The notes below the pieces were generated by a model that had not been told where the DNA came from, did not search any database, and saw only the letters and a program-made list of their open reading frames with translations. From positions 128,001 to 192,000 of the forward strand of contig JBLWTJ010000002.1 in the NCBI GenBank assembly GCA_048270185.1: a stretch of 64,000 nucleotides of DNA, in the 5' to 3' direction. Of this stretch, positions 28,824-38,710 are shown one piece after another (positions within the stretch are counted from its first letter, which is position 1; every line of letters begins with the position of its first letter). This stretch comes from Bacteriovoracaceae bacterium. Its GTDB lineage: Bacteria; Bdellovibrionota; Bacteriovoracia; Bacteriovoracales; Bacteriovoracaceae. Made by a program: the position numbers and the translations under genes.

Positions 28824-30071
28824 TTAGCTATTCATTGACTCCATGAATTCTGCATTTGTTTTTGTCTTCGTAATTCTTTGAAGCATGAATTCCATTGCAT
28901 CAATAGTACTCATTGGGTGAAGAACTTTTCTAAGAACATAAGTTCTTTGAAGATCTAATGGATCCATTAGAAGATCTTCTTTACGAGTTGAAGACTTATT
29001 AATATCTAGAGCTGGGAAGATTCTCTTCTCTAGAAGTTTTCTATCAAGTTGAATCTCTGAGTTACCAGTTCCTTTGAATTCTTCAAAGATAACTTCATCC
29101 ATTCTTGAACCTGTATCAACAAGTGCAGTCGCGATGATTGTAAGAGATCCACCATTTTCAATATTTCTAGCAGCACCGAAGAATCTCTTTGGTCTGTGTA
29201 GAGCATTTGAGTCAACCCCACCTGAGAGGATTTTTCCCGATGGTGGAACAACAGTGTTGTATGCACGAGCAAGACGCGTGATTGAGTCAAGAAGGATGAT
29301 AACATCTTTTCCTGCTTCAGTTAGACGCTTAGATTTTTCAAGAACCATCTCAGCAACTTGTACGTGACGGTTAGCTGGCTCATCAAATGTTGAAGATACA
29401 ACTTCTGCATCAACGTTTCTCTTCATATCTGTTACTTCTTCTGGACGCTCGTCAATTAGAAGAACAATTAGTTTTGCATCTGGGTGATTTTGAGTAATCG
29501 CATTGGCAACTTCTTGTAGAAGATGTGTCTTACCAGCTTTTGGTGGAGCTACGATTAGACAACGTTGTCCAAAACCTTGTGGTACAAACATATCGATCAT
29601 ACGAGTTGAGTAATTACTTGGATTAAACTCAAGGTTGATTTTCTTTTCAGGGTAAAGTGGAGTTAAGTTATCAAAGAGAACCATCTTCTTGTGTTTCTCA
29701 GAAGTGTGGTCATTGATTGTTCCAACTTTTAAAAGAGCGAAGTATCTTTCGTTATCTTTTGGCGGTCTGATTTGACCTTCAACAGAGTCACCTTTTTTAA
29801 GTGCGAACTTTCTGATTTGGCTTGGTGATACGTAAATATCATCGGCACCTGGTAGGTAGTTGTATCCAGGAGATCTTAAGAACCCAAATCCATCAGGAAG
29901 GATTTCTAGAACACCTGCACCGAAAATATCCTGCTTTTCTTTGGCGTGGGCCTTAAGAATTGCGAAGATTAGTTCGTGTTTTTTCATACCAGCAGAGTTT
30001 TCGATTTTTGCCTTTTCAGCTAGATCGTTTAACTCTTGAATTTTCATTTCTCTTAAATCACTTAAATGCAT
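28824..30071 (-). CDS. rho: transcription termination factor Rho
   Basis: [46 protein letters not shown]. Confidence 0.99.
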   Translation of the reverse strand: MHLSDLREMKIQELNDLAEKAKIENSAGMKKHELIFAILKAHAKEKQDIFGAGVLEILPDGFGFLRSPGYNYLPGADDIYVSPSQIRKFALKKGDSVEGQIRPPKDNERYFALLKVGTINDHTSEKHKKMVLFDNLTPLYPEKKINLEFNPSNYSTRMIDMFVPQGFGQRCLIVAPPKAGKTHLLQEVANAITQNHPDAKLIVLLIDERPEEVTDMKRNVDAEVVSSTFDEPANRHVQVAEMVLEKSKRLTEAGKDVIILLDSITRLARAYNTVVPPSGKILSGGVDSNALHRPKRFFGAARNIENGGSLTIIATALVDTGSRMDEVIFEEFKGTGNSEIQLDRKLLEKRIFPALDINKSSTRKEDLLMDPLDLQRTYVLRKVLHPMSTIDAMEFMLQRITKTKTNAEFMESMNS

Positions 30072-30203
30072 AGAAAGTCTTACTCCTGAAATTGTATCCG
30101 AATATATAGAATTGAATTTGGTTAGAATTGCCTCTAGTTGTGGCCCATTTAAGACATGGGTTGATTAGATTAAATTTGATATTTGATTTAATTAGGTGTT
30201 TTC

Positions 30204-30232
30204 ATCATAAACCCTCACCTCTTGCTAGTCAA
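30204..30232 (-). promoter_or_regulatory. sigma70 promoter of rho
   Basis: TTGACT-N17-TATGAT on the minus strand. Confidence 0.7.
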
Positions 30233-30283
30233 GCTGACTTTAGCCGTTGACTTGGGGCGCAAAACATAGCATAACTACTTAAT

Positions 30284-30742
30284 ATGAATGAGTTTTCAAA
30301 CTATCCCAAATTTAATGAACTTAAAGGACTAAATATCCTCTCTCTCGATTATGGCGAAAAAGTCATTGGTATGGGATTCTTTTGTCCTGGGCGTGAACCT
30401 TTTCCAATCGGTGCCGGGCGAATCATTAATAAGGGATTGGCCAATTTCTATAAAGAGCTTTCGGCCAAGATTGAAGACGAAGTCATTGAAGTTATCGTAA
30501 TGGGTATTCCTTACTATGTTGATGGGAATGAGAGTGATAAAACAAAAGAGCACAAGGCCCTCTTTAATGCATTAGTTGAGAGATTTCCTAGTGTAAAATT
30601 CTATCAACAAGATGAGACCTTAACGACTAAGTCTGCAAAAGAGAGAATGCTTAATTCTCCAGAATATAATTTCACTTATGATCCAACAAAAATTGACGAG
30701 CTTAGTGCTGTAATTATCCTCGAAGATTTTATAAGAAGTTAA
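30284..30742 (+). CDS. ruvX: RuvX/YqgF family nuclease
   Basis: ILSLDYGEKVIG, VMGIP, DETLTTKSA, IDELSAVIILE; precedes mltG. Confidence 0.88.
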   Translation: MNEFSNYPKFNELKGLNILSLDYGEKVIGMGFFCPGREPFPIGAGRIINKGLANFYKELSAKIEDEVIEVIVMGIPYYVDGNESDKTKEHKALFNALVERFPSVKFYQQDETLTTKSAKERMLNSPEYNFTYDPTKIDELSAVIILEDFIRS

Positions 30743-30777
30743 TTTCACAAAATATAAAAATACGATATTCTATTGTC

Positions 30778-31815
30778 ATGACAAAGAAACATTTATTTAT
30801 ATTTTTGGTGCTTGCACCTGCACTTTCAATTTGCCTTCTAGTGGCACACACTTATTACAATATTTATCACTGGCAATACTCTGGCCCTGAAACCGAATTC
30901 CAAATCAATTCAGGTGATACTTTCGGTACAATTAACTACCGTCTTGCTCAAGATAAAATTATCTACTCTCCTCGACTATTTCACCGTTATGTGAAGTTTG
31001 AAGGGAAACTAACAAGCTTTAAGGCCGGACGCTATATTATCCCAACAGGGATTACAATGAGTGATCTTCTCCAACTCCTTATTAGTGGAAAGAGTTTAAC
31101 TGTTCGAGTGACGATACCTGAGGGCTATAACCTCTTTCAGATAGCAAAGGTCTTGGCCGATGAGAAGATTGTTTCAGAAGAAGAATTTATAAAAGCTGCT
31201 AAAAATAAGAAGTTTGTACACTCGCTTGGAATTCCAGCTGCTCGTATTGAGGGATATCTTTATCCTGATACATATCAATTCCATGAGAAGATGAAAGCGC
31301 GTGCCATCATTAGACGTATGGTTCAAACTTTTAATGATAAGACAAAGGATCTTGATTTCTCAAAAATTAAGTTAACTAAGCATCAGCTAGTAACGCTAGC
31401 TTCGATGGTAGAAAAAGAAACTGGTGCAAAGTTTGAAAGACCGACAATTTCTGGAGTTTTTCACAACCGCCTAAAAAAGAGAATGAGACTTCAATCAGAT
31501 CCAACCACAATTTATGGGATCTGGGAAAATTACAAAGGTAATATTAGTAAGAAGCACTTAAGACAGAAAACGCCTTATAATACTTATAAGATTTCTGGCC
31601 TTCCTGTTGGACCTATTGCAAATCCAGGCTTAGCGGCACTAAAAGCGGCCCTTAATCCAAAGAAGCACGAGTATATTTACTTTGTTTCAAAAAATGATGG
31701 AACTCACGTTTTCTCTAAGACTTACAAAGAACACCAAAAGGCCGTGGATTTTTGGCAAAAGAACCGAGCTAATCGAGCAGGACGTTCTTGGCGTGACCTT
31801 AATAAGAATCAATAG
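30778..31815 (+). CDS. mltG: endolytic transglycosylase
   Basis: VTIPEG, EGYLYPDTY, LASMVEKET, RLQSDPT, PYNTY..GLPVGPI. Confidence 0.96.
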   Translation: MTKKHLFIFLVLAPALSICLLVAHTYYNIYHWQYSGPETEFQINSGDTFGTINYRLAQDKIIYSPRLFHRYVKFEGKLTSFKAGRYIIPTGITMSDLLQLLISGKSLTVRVTIPEGYNLFQIAKVLADEKIVSEEEFIKAAKNKKFVHSLGIPAARIEGYLYPDTYQFHEKMKARAIIRRMVQTFNDKTKDLDFSKIKLTKHQLVTLASMVEKETGAKFERPTISGVFHNRLKKRMRLQSDPTTIYGIWENYKGNISKKHLRQKTPYNTYKISGLPVGPIANPGLAALKAALNPKKHEYIYFVSKNDGTHVFSKTYKEHQKAVDFWQKNRANRAGRSWRDLNKNQ

Positions 31816-31826
31816 AGGTTTGAGTA

Positions 31827-32924
31827 ATGAAGTTATGGTCCTCTTTTGAGCAAGATTATATTTTAAAGAAATTAACCGACCTTTATGAGGAAGGTGCTGT
31901 TTTTAAATTCTGGCAAAATAACGAAGATATGCGAGAAGAATATACAGCGACTTTTAGTTCTGTAACGAGTGAGAAGTGCTCAATCAAGCTAACAAGAGAA
32001 AGTGCTTCTTTGTATACACGAATTGCACCCCTCTCTCCTATTTTCTTCCACTATCCTGCTGGAGATATGATCTTTAAAAAGGATGTTTTCAAATTAGAAA
32101 ATGGTGGCCTAAGTTTTAAGACACCTTCTGAAATTCGCTTACGTGACAAAAGAAGTGTTGAGAGGTTTACTTACAAGTATCCTGACTTCAAAAATATTTC
32201 CTACACAGTTGGAGATGAAACTGAAACTCAACACGATATTATTATAGATATCTCTCTTCGTGGCCTGGCATTTGTTATTGATGCTAAAAGAAAGGCCAAG
32301 TACGAACTCGGTAGTAAAATATTAATTTCTTCAATTACTGACCAAGAACTACCACAAAAACATGAAGCAAAAGTAGCATCAGTTAACCGCTATCGACTTT
32401 CAGGTGAAGGTTTACAAAATCACCTACTAAGAATTGGTGTTGAGTTTACACAGACTCTAGAATCAATTACCTATGACTCTATTGGATCTCTTGTAAAGAA
32501 GCGCCAAAATAAATTAAAAGGCCTTGATACATCAATGTTTAATGGACTTAATCCTGATGATTATCAAAAGCAACTTGCTAAAATTCACGAAAAGAACCCA
32601 CAGCTTGCCGTAAATATTTCAGAAGCTGTCGAGGATATCGATCGTCTGCGCTACATGACTACTGATATGAAAAGAGATTTCTTTCTAAACTTCAGTGTCG
32701 ATCTTATGGCCTGTGCTCTTAGAATGTCTTCAAAGGAATTAATCAACGATCTTCTTTCTGAAGTAACAGATGGTGTTCGTGAAGAGTTCTTAGAAAAGTA
32801 TGATGTCCCTAAACCAGCATCGGCCATCAATAAGGCACAAGATGAACTTAGAAAATTTATCAAAGAAAAAGAACGTGATGGATCTTTTGTCCTAAGTCCT
32901 AAATCATTTGTGAAGTATGTTTAG
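31827..32924 (+). CDS. PilZ-domain protein with FliG C-terminal-like domain
   Basis: RSVER (RxxxR) and DISLRG (DxSxxG) PilZ motifs; the last ~110 aa align by eye with FliG_C. Confidence 0.75.
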   Translation: MKLWSSFEQDYILKKLTDLYEEGAVFKFWQNNEDMREEYTATFSSVTSEKCSIKLTRESASLYTRIAPLSPIFFHYPAGDMIFKKDVFKLENGGLSFKTPSEIRLRDKRSVERFTYKYPDFKNISYTVGDETETQHDIIIDISLRGLAFVIDAKRKAKYELGSKILISSITDQELPQKHEAKVASVNRYRLSGEGLQNHLLRIGVEFTQTLESITYDSIGSLVKKRQNKLKGLDTSMFNGLNPDDYQKQLAKIHEKNPQLAVNISEAVEDIDRLRYMTTDMKRDFFLNFSVDLMACALRMSSKELINDLLSEVTDGVREEFLEKYDVPKPASAINKAQDELRKFIKEKERDGSFVLSPKSFVKYV

Positions 32925-33717
32925 CCTACTCTCCCTTCTTGATGATATTGCCTCCACTCTTGATGATATCGCAGTGATGTCCAAAGTTGCCATCAAGAAA
33001 ACTTCGGCCCTTATGAGTGATGATCTAGCCGTTAATGCCGGTGTAATCCATGGAGTTCATGCAAGCCAAGAACTTCCAATGGTTTGGAAGATCTTTATTG
33101 GCTCTCTTTTTAATAAACTCTACAGTATTGTGGGTGTGCTTGTTTTAATGGCCATCTCACCAATGATTATCAAGGCCATTCTGCTAATTGGAGGGCTTTA
33201 TCTTTCATACGAAGGTGCCCACAAGATTATTGAAAAATTTTTTGGCCACCATAAAGCAAGAAAGGCTGAAACCATTGATCAAGATAAAAAAATTAAAGGG
33301 GCCATTCGAACAGATTTGATTCTTTCAATTGAGATCATTGTTATTGCTCAAAGTAATATTAGTGGAAATCTTTTAAATCAATCCATCATTCTAACAATCG
33401 TTGGAATTGCCGCTTCCATTATTATCTATGGCCTTGTAGCCTTGATTGTTAAAACGGACGACTTTGGCCTTTATTTAATCGAAAAAGATTATCACAAGGT
33501 TGGGCTCGCCCTTGTTCGCTCGATGCCTTATACGATGAAAGCTCTAGGGATTATTGGAACCCTGGCCATGCTCCTAGTGGGCGGCGGAATTATCGCTCAT
33601 ACCTTTCATCTTCCAAATTATCTTTATGAGCATCTTCAAAACTTCATTCTAGGACTTGTGGGTGGACTTTTTATCTGCGCACTTCTTGCAATCTGGCCAA
33701 GAAAGCGACTGCACTAA
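32917..33717 (+). CDS. DUF808/YedI family membrane protein
   Basis: LLDDIASTLDDIAVMSKVAIKKT..DDLAVNA, GAIRTDLILSIEI. Confidence 0.9.
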   Translation: MFSLLSLLDDIASTLDDIAVMSKVAIKKTSALMSDDLAVNAGVIHGVHASQELPMVWKIFIGSLFNKLYSIVGVLVLMAISPMIIKAILLIGGLYLSYEGAHKIIEKFFGHHKARKAETIDQDKKIKGAIRTDLILSIEIIVIAQSNISGNLLNQSIILTIVGIAASIIIYGLVALIVKTDDFGLYLIEKDYHKVGLALVRSMPYTMKALGIIGTLAMLLVGGGIIAHTFHLPNYLYEHLQNFILGLVGGLFICALLAIWPRKRLH

Positions 33718-33786
33718 TTGCCATTTCTCATTTCACTCAATCCAATAACTACCTGTAATCAGGTCATCTTTTGCCCTTTCTATATC

Positions 33787-33813
33787 TAATATTAAACTAA
33801 AAAAAACCGATAA
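33787..33813 (+). promoter_or_regulatory. candidate sigma28 promoter
   Basis: TAAT-N15-ACCGATAA, 30 nt before ATG 33844. Confidence 0.55.
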
Positions 33814-33843
33814 GTTTAATGTATTTATTTAGCTGGGGTATAA

Positions 33844-36800
33844 ATGCAGAGTTCAAAATTCACTAAATTCATTAGTTTAATCTTCATATTATTGGCCTTC
33901 ACTTCATGTGGGTCAAAACTCTCATCAACAACATTTAAGATCACAAAAGTGTCTTTTCTCAGTGGAGCAACAGTTGCTTCTGATTTTGATGGTGGTGTTT
34001 TGATCTTTGGTAAGAACAATGAGACAGGTGAAGCTTTCCAAGTTGCACTTGACCCAACTTCAGCTGACGCTGGCTCAATTGAATTGTCGTTTGGGTCATA
34101 TTCAGTAAAAGCATTTGGCTGGCATGATGGAACGACTCCAACAAATTTATCAGGAACACAATACTGTGCCGATATAACAACAGAAATAAGAGATTCAGAA
34201 GCAACAATGAATCTTTCACTCTCACAAGCTGCTTGCTCAACAATGACTGATGTAACAGTTTATAATAATGACCCGGGTCTTGGATTCAAGATTGAAGCAT
34301 GTCATGGTGTTGTAAAAATTATTGGGAAAGGTCAGATGCCCACATGCGCGGAAGCACCTAGTATTGCTCAATCAATTAAAATTGAATACGTTTCACTAAA
34401 TACAGATGGAACTCTCGATCTAACAAAGAAGCTAGCTTCACAGTGTCTCACAAATACTCTTGGCTATGACTACCTTCCATCAGCTTATACAAAAGTAATT
34501 AAGGGTGGTGCTGGTTTTAAAAATCCAATGGCCATTACGGCCTATCTTGGAACAAATTGTGATGACGCCGGTGCTGTACCATCAATGACAAAGGTTATTC
34601 CGGCACCGATAAATATTCCAAGTCATTCATATTTTAATTATAAGAAAAATTCTACTGGAATTAATCTTATGGTTGGATTTGATTCATGTCTCTTTGACAC
34701 GGCCACAACAAATACTCCATTCGCAGCAGGAGGTACGGCCGGTGACTTCAATATTATTTGCTCTCTGCCCCAGTTTAATCAAATTGCAAATTATCCAGAT
34801 AAGAAGTTTCTCATCGCCAAAACAATTGATTTCATAGGTGCCGCTCCAGCAACACAAGCCGCGGCCATTTTTAGCGGTGGAATCCAGGGTGATATCTCAA
34901 TGTATTATAATAACGTTCTTCACCTTAAAGGAGCTTCAGATAGTCTCTTTGAGTTAATCGGAAGCAACGTCGCTGATGCAGAAGCTAAAATTGAAAATCT
35001 CAATATTGATGTCAGTTCAATTACATCTGGGCCAATCATTGCAAAACAAGCAAAGTATAATTCACAAATTGAGGAGATCAATATCATTGGTGAAATGACA
35101 AATAATGATCCATCAACAATGACAAGTGGAACAAGTGCAGGCGATACATGTGGTGGCCTTATCAATCAGGTCTTTAGTGATGCTGCCGGTGCAAGTGTAA
35201 ACACTAAAATTGAATTTGAAAGAATCAATCTCAAAAACTTTATTTTGAATTGTGCAAGTATGGCAACAGCCAATACACCAAATTATATCGGAGCCCTTCT
35301 TGGTGCTGCTGCGACGATTAACACAGATAGTGCTAACAATCGAAGTATTCACCTACGTCAATTGACAGGAGATATTACAATTAATACAGACTCCACTTCC
35401 TCTCAACAGTACTTAGGGGGATTGATTGGATTTAGTGAAAATATGACAGACGTTGAAGCTTCTGCTCTAAATTATTCATTTGTCCATAATAGTAATACTG
35501 GTGAGCCACGAATCATCGGAGGGCTACTGGGTTCTCAGCAATCAATGGCCGGCCAAGTAAATGGACAGGGTAGTATTAATATTAGAGGAGTAGCGATTCA
35601 TAATGATATCAAAACATCACTTGCCTACAATACAATCCAAGGAGCAGGTGGAATTATTGGTAAAAGCTTTAATCCAGCGAAATTAAGCATTGAGAATACA
35701 ATTCTAACAGGTTCAATTAACACCACTCTAAAAAATGCAGGTGGATTAATTGGTCATTCATTTTTTCAAAACACAACGGGTTACTTTAATTTAAGAAATT
35801 CATTAAATACAGCAACGATTAACTCTGCAGGAAGTGCAGGAGGATTTGTTGGTGCCATTTCTCTTAATGGAACAAATGCTTCTTTTGAGAATCTCAATAA
35901 TAAGGGGAGCATTACAGGCGCATCAGATGGAACTTCGACTAATGAAGGAGTTGGGGGAATTCTTGGAACTTTTGAAGATGATACAAACCTTGGCTACTTA
36001 AGCTTAAAATATTCTGCCAATCTTGGTGAGATTACTGCAACTAAAGGGATGGCATCAAATAGTGCTGCCGGCTCCCTTGTTGGTGTCAGTGTTGGTATTA
36101 ATAAAACATATAATGGAAATTACAATTATGCTGGAGGCCAGGTATATACTAATAGTGCTCTTAAGCCACTTCATATTGGGTTAGTTAGTGGAGCATCACT
36201 CACAAGTATGGATATAGAGTCTGCATTTTATGAAACTAATATCTCCTACCCTGCAGTCACTTCCTATACAGGATCTGAAGTACTACTAGAGTTTGGAGAT
36301 ACTTCGGCCCATACTGACTTCACATTGAGTGAGATTGCGTCGACCCCAATTATTGCCAATTTAACAGATAGTCAAATTTTCACAACCACTGGTTTTCCTA
36401 GATCCATCGACTTCATGGATCGCTTTGCGGTTTTCGACTCTAGTGGACGAGCGATTCGCCATGGAGGAGAAGGTTCTCCATTCTTAATCAACTCAAGAGA
36501 TGATCTGCCTTATGTCAGCTCTATCTTTGGTGCAAACTTTAATTGGAAATTAATGGTTGATATTGATATGCTTGAAGGCTTCTTACAACTTGGCCATGCG
36601 ATCGTTCCATTTAATGGATCATTTGATGGTAATGGAAAAACCATTTCAAATTTTAAAAATAACTACAGCACTTTGCCAATAGCGCCCCAGTTCAATGGAG
36701 TCTTTCCAGTTGTCTCAAATGGTCGAATTAGAGACCTAACTCTCAAATCAGGTATCATGGATTTTGAATGTTCTTCAGCTGGCGCTGGAGGTGTTCTTGT

Positions 36801-37443
36801 TGGTCAAATTGATGGTTCACAAATGGGGACAAATGATAGAGCCATAATTCAAAGTATTAACCTTATTAATAATAACCTATCTGGTGGAAATGGTTGCGAC
36901 ACTGTTGCACATTTAATTGGTCAGTATACGACAGATGCTGATCACCATATCTTTGAAAATATTTCCATTAGAAATAATACTATTGATGCCTCTGGTTCCC
37001 TTGTAGCCGGTGGTCTTATTGGCGTCATGTACAATAATAGTGGCGCAAATATGGCATTTAATATTAAGAATATTGAGCTTATTAATAATCAATTCATTTC
37101 CCCTTCAAGTACTTATGGTTTCGTGGCAAGTAATGGTGGAGCAAATCCATTTATTCTTACTTATGAGAACACACTCTTTATTGGGACAGCTGACTCTACT
37201 TATAATCCATTTAATTTCCATAAAGACGCAGGAGCAACTTCAGTGTCTCCTGCTCCAGGAAATAACTATGTTTTTGCGGCCGGAACTCCTGTTGGGCTTG
37301 ATACTTCGATCATGACAAATAGTACGACATATGCCCTAACAGATATCGCGGCCACTACATTTGGTGACTACTTCATTCACGATGCGACACTAGGAACAGT
37401 TGAACTTAATAAAGCACTAATTAAAGAAGAATTAGAATACTAA
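33844..37443 (+). CDS. large surface lipoprotein with GLUG-like beta-helix repeats
   Basis: Lipobox FTSC; repeated (I/A)GG(L/I)(I/V)G units; FNGSFDGNGKTISN motif. Confidence 0.8.
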   Translation: MQSSKFTKFISLIFILLAFTSCGSKLSSTTFKITKVSFLSGATVASDFDGGVLIFGKNNETGEAFQVALDPTSADAGSIELSFGSYSVKAFGWHDGTTPTNLSGTQYCADITTEIRDSEATMNLSLSQAACSTMTDVTVYNNDPGLGFKIEACHGVVKIIGKGQMPTCAEAPSIAQSIKIEYVSLNTDGTLDLTKKLASQCLTNTLGYDYLPSAYTKVIKGGAGFKNPMAITAYLGTNCDDAGAVPSMTKVIPAPINIPSHSYFNYKKNSTGINLMVGFDSCLFDTATTNTPFAAGGTAGDFNIICSLPQFNQIANYPDKKFLIAKTIDFIGAAPATQAAAIFSGGIQGDISMYYNNVLHLKGASDSLFELIGSNVADAEAKIENLNIDVSSITSGPIIAKQAKYNSQIEEINIIGEMTNNDPSTMTSGTSAGDTCGGLINQVFSDAAGASVNTKIEFERINLKNFILNCASMATANTPNYIGALLGAAATINTDSANNRSIHLRQLTGDITINTDSTSSQQYLGGLIGFSENMTDVEASALNYSFVHNSNTGEPRIIGGLLGSQQSMAGQVNGQGSINIRGVAIHNDIKTSLAYNTIQGAGGIIGKSFNPAKLSIENTILTGSINTTLKNAGGLIGHSFFQNTTGYFNLRNSLNTATINSAGSAGGFVGAISLNGTNASFENLNNKGSITGASDGTSTNEGVGGILGTFEDDTNLGYLSLKYSANLGEITATKGMASNSAAGSLVGVSVGINKTYNGNYNYAGGQVYTNSALKPLHIGLVSGASLTSMDIESAFYETNISYPAVTSYTGSEVLLEFGDTSAHTDFTLSEIASTPIIANLTDSQIFTTTGFPRSIDFMDRFAVFDSSGRAIRHGGEGSPFLINSRDDLPYVSSIFGANFNWKLMVDIDMLEGFLQLGHAIVPFNGSFDGNGKTISNFKNNYSTLPIAPQFNGVFPVVSNGRIRDLTLKSGIMDFECSSAGAGGVLVGQIDGSQMGTNDRAIIQSINLINNNLSGGNGCDTVAHLIGQYTTDADHHIFENISIRNNTIDASGSLVAGGLIGVMYNNSGANMAFNIKNIELINNQFISPSSTYGFVASNGGANPFILTYENTLFIGTADSTYNPFNFHKDAGATSVSPAPGNNYVFAAGTPVGLDTSIMTNSTTYALTDIAATTFGDYFIHDATLGTVELNKALIKEELEY

Positions 37444-37468
37444 ATGCCTATAAAAATTGGCGAGTTTT

Positions 37469-37495
37469 AAAGGGACGTGTTCATCGTCCCTTTTT
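37469..37495 (+). terminator. intrinsic terminator
   Basis: AAAGGGACG-N7-CGTCCCTTT TT. Confidence 0.8.
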
Positions 37496-37521
37496 AGTTT
37501 ACCGGCAGAAGTTACCGATAT
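37494..37521 (+). promoter_or_regulatory. candidate sigma28 promoter upstream of the dksA leader
   Basis: TTAG-N16-ACCGATAT. Confidence 0.4.
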
Positions 37522-37770
37522 TATTCATTAAGAACAATTAACTTAAATAAATCCCCCTAGAATTCGAAGAGTGCCTACAATGGGTAGCCTAATCCCTCTA
37601 ATTGAGCAAAGACAGAGGGCTTTAGACGGCCATTGAGAATGGATTTTGAGCAAGTATTGCCGACAATCGAGAAGACTTTGGTCATCGATAAATCTAAGGG
37701 TAAAATAGATTGTCAGGTAATGTTTTAATAACAACTTTGCTTGTTTTACTTCGTTAAGGAGGAGGACTAA

Positions 37771-38142
37771 ATGGAAGCTGAAAAATTAGAATATTTTAAA
37801 AAGAAGTTATTGGCCGCGAAAGCAGAGATTCTTAACGGTGGTATTTTAACTAGTACTGAAGACCTTAAGATGTCGACAGATGACCTACCTGATGAAGGTG
37901 ATGTTGCCAACGCAGTAATTAACCAACAGGTTACTTTTAATATGAGAGCACGAGCGATGCAAAAGCTAAGACATATTGAAACGGCCCTACACCGTATTGA
38001 AGACGGAACTTATGGTCACTGTGAAGATTGTGAAGAGCCAATTGGTGCTAAGAGATTAGAGAATCAGCCATGGGCCGAATTATGTATCACTCACGCAGAA
38101 GAAAGAGAGCGTGAAGAGCAACACATGAGAAGAGTCGGATAA
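37771..38142 (+). CDS. dksA: DksA/TraR family transcription factor
   Basis: Coiled-coil tip PDEGDVA (DxxDxA), GTYGHCEDC..I...RL...P...LCITH; strong RBS. Confidence 0.9.
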   Translation: MEAEKLEYFKKKLLAAKAEILNGGILTSTEDLKMSTDDLPDEGDVANAVINQQVTFNMRARAMQKLRHIETALHRIEDGTYGHCEDCEEPIGAKRLENQPWAELCITHAEEREREEQHMRRVG

Positions 38143-38169
38143 GACTTTATTCATATTCCAAATGTTAGT

Positions 38170-38198
38170 AAAAAAGCCTGCTTATGCAGGCTTTTTTT
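38170..38198. terminator. bidirectional intrinsic terminator
   Basis: AAAAAAGCCTGC-TTAT-GCAGGCTTTTTT. Confidence 0.88.
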
Positions 38199-38199
38199 A

Positions 38200-38418
38200 T
38201 TAGAGGGACATCCCCTCATCTACTGTGAATTTCTCCTGCTTCACATAAACATACTTAGAAATATCTTTTTTAAGTATCCTTTTAACCTGCTGATTTGTTT
38301 TAATGATTTCATCAACTTTGGGCGAGATTGTACTGGAAGTGGTGTTGTTAATAGGTGCGACGATCATAATATAAGCAAAGAGGAAAATGCTTACTGATAA
38401 TGTCCAAATTGTTTTCAC
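38200..38418 (-). CDS. small single-TM/secreted hypothetical protein
   Basis: GTG 38418 behind GGAGGG; MKTIWTLSVSIFLFAYIMIV hydrophobic N-terminus; ends at the terminator. Confidence 0.65.
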   Translation of the reverse strand: MKTIWTLSVSIFLFAYIMIVAPINNTTSSTISPKVDEIIKTNQQVKRILKKDISKYVYVKQEKFTVDEGMSL

Positions 38419-38460
38419 TAGTCTACCCTCCATGGTAAGAACTGCTTCTATGCAATATAA

Positions 38461-38477
38461 AGCACGTTGAGTGCCAA
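38461..38477 (-). promoter_or_regulatory. sigma54 -24/-12 promoter
   Basis: TTGGCACTCAACGTGCT (GG-N10-GC). Confidence 0.7.
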
Positions 38478-38653
38478 AGTCTGTTATAATGATTCTAGGC
38501 ACTTACTATAGTGGACAATTGAACGCGGTGGCTTTTTGGCCTGTTTTTACACCACCACTTTGAATTTAGTGTATAAGATTTTGACACCTATCTATAAAGT
38601 ATCCATACTGGCTATAGGTGAACACCTTAAGTAGGTAAAATCACAATATGATG

Positions 38654-38670
38654 TTGGCACCGACCATGCA
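38654..38670 (+). promoter_or_regulatory. sigma54 -24/-12 promoter
   Basis: TTGGCACCGACCATGCA (GG-N10-GC), 40 nt upstream of the subtilase start. Confidence 0.7.
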
Positions 38671-38710
38671 TTATTATTAGTGAGTTTGAGTTAGACATAA
38701 GGAGCACTCT

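Noticed and set aside
37543..37734. 63-aa minus-strand ORF upstream of dksA
   Set aside because: No RBS or protein-like features; plus-strand RNA structure explains the region better
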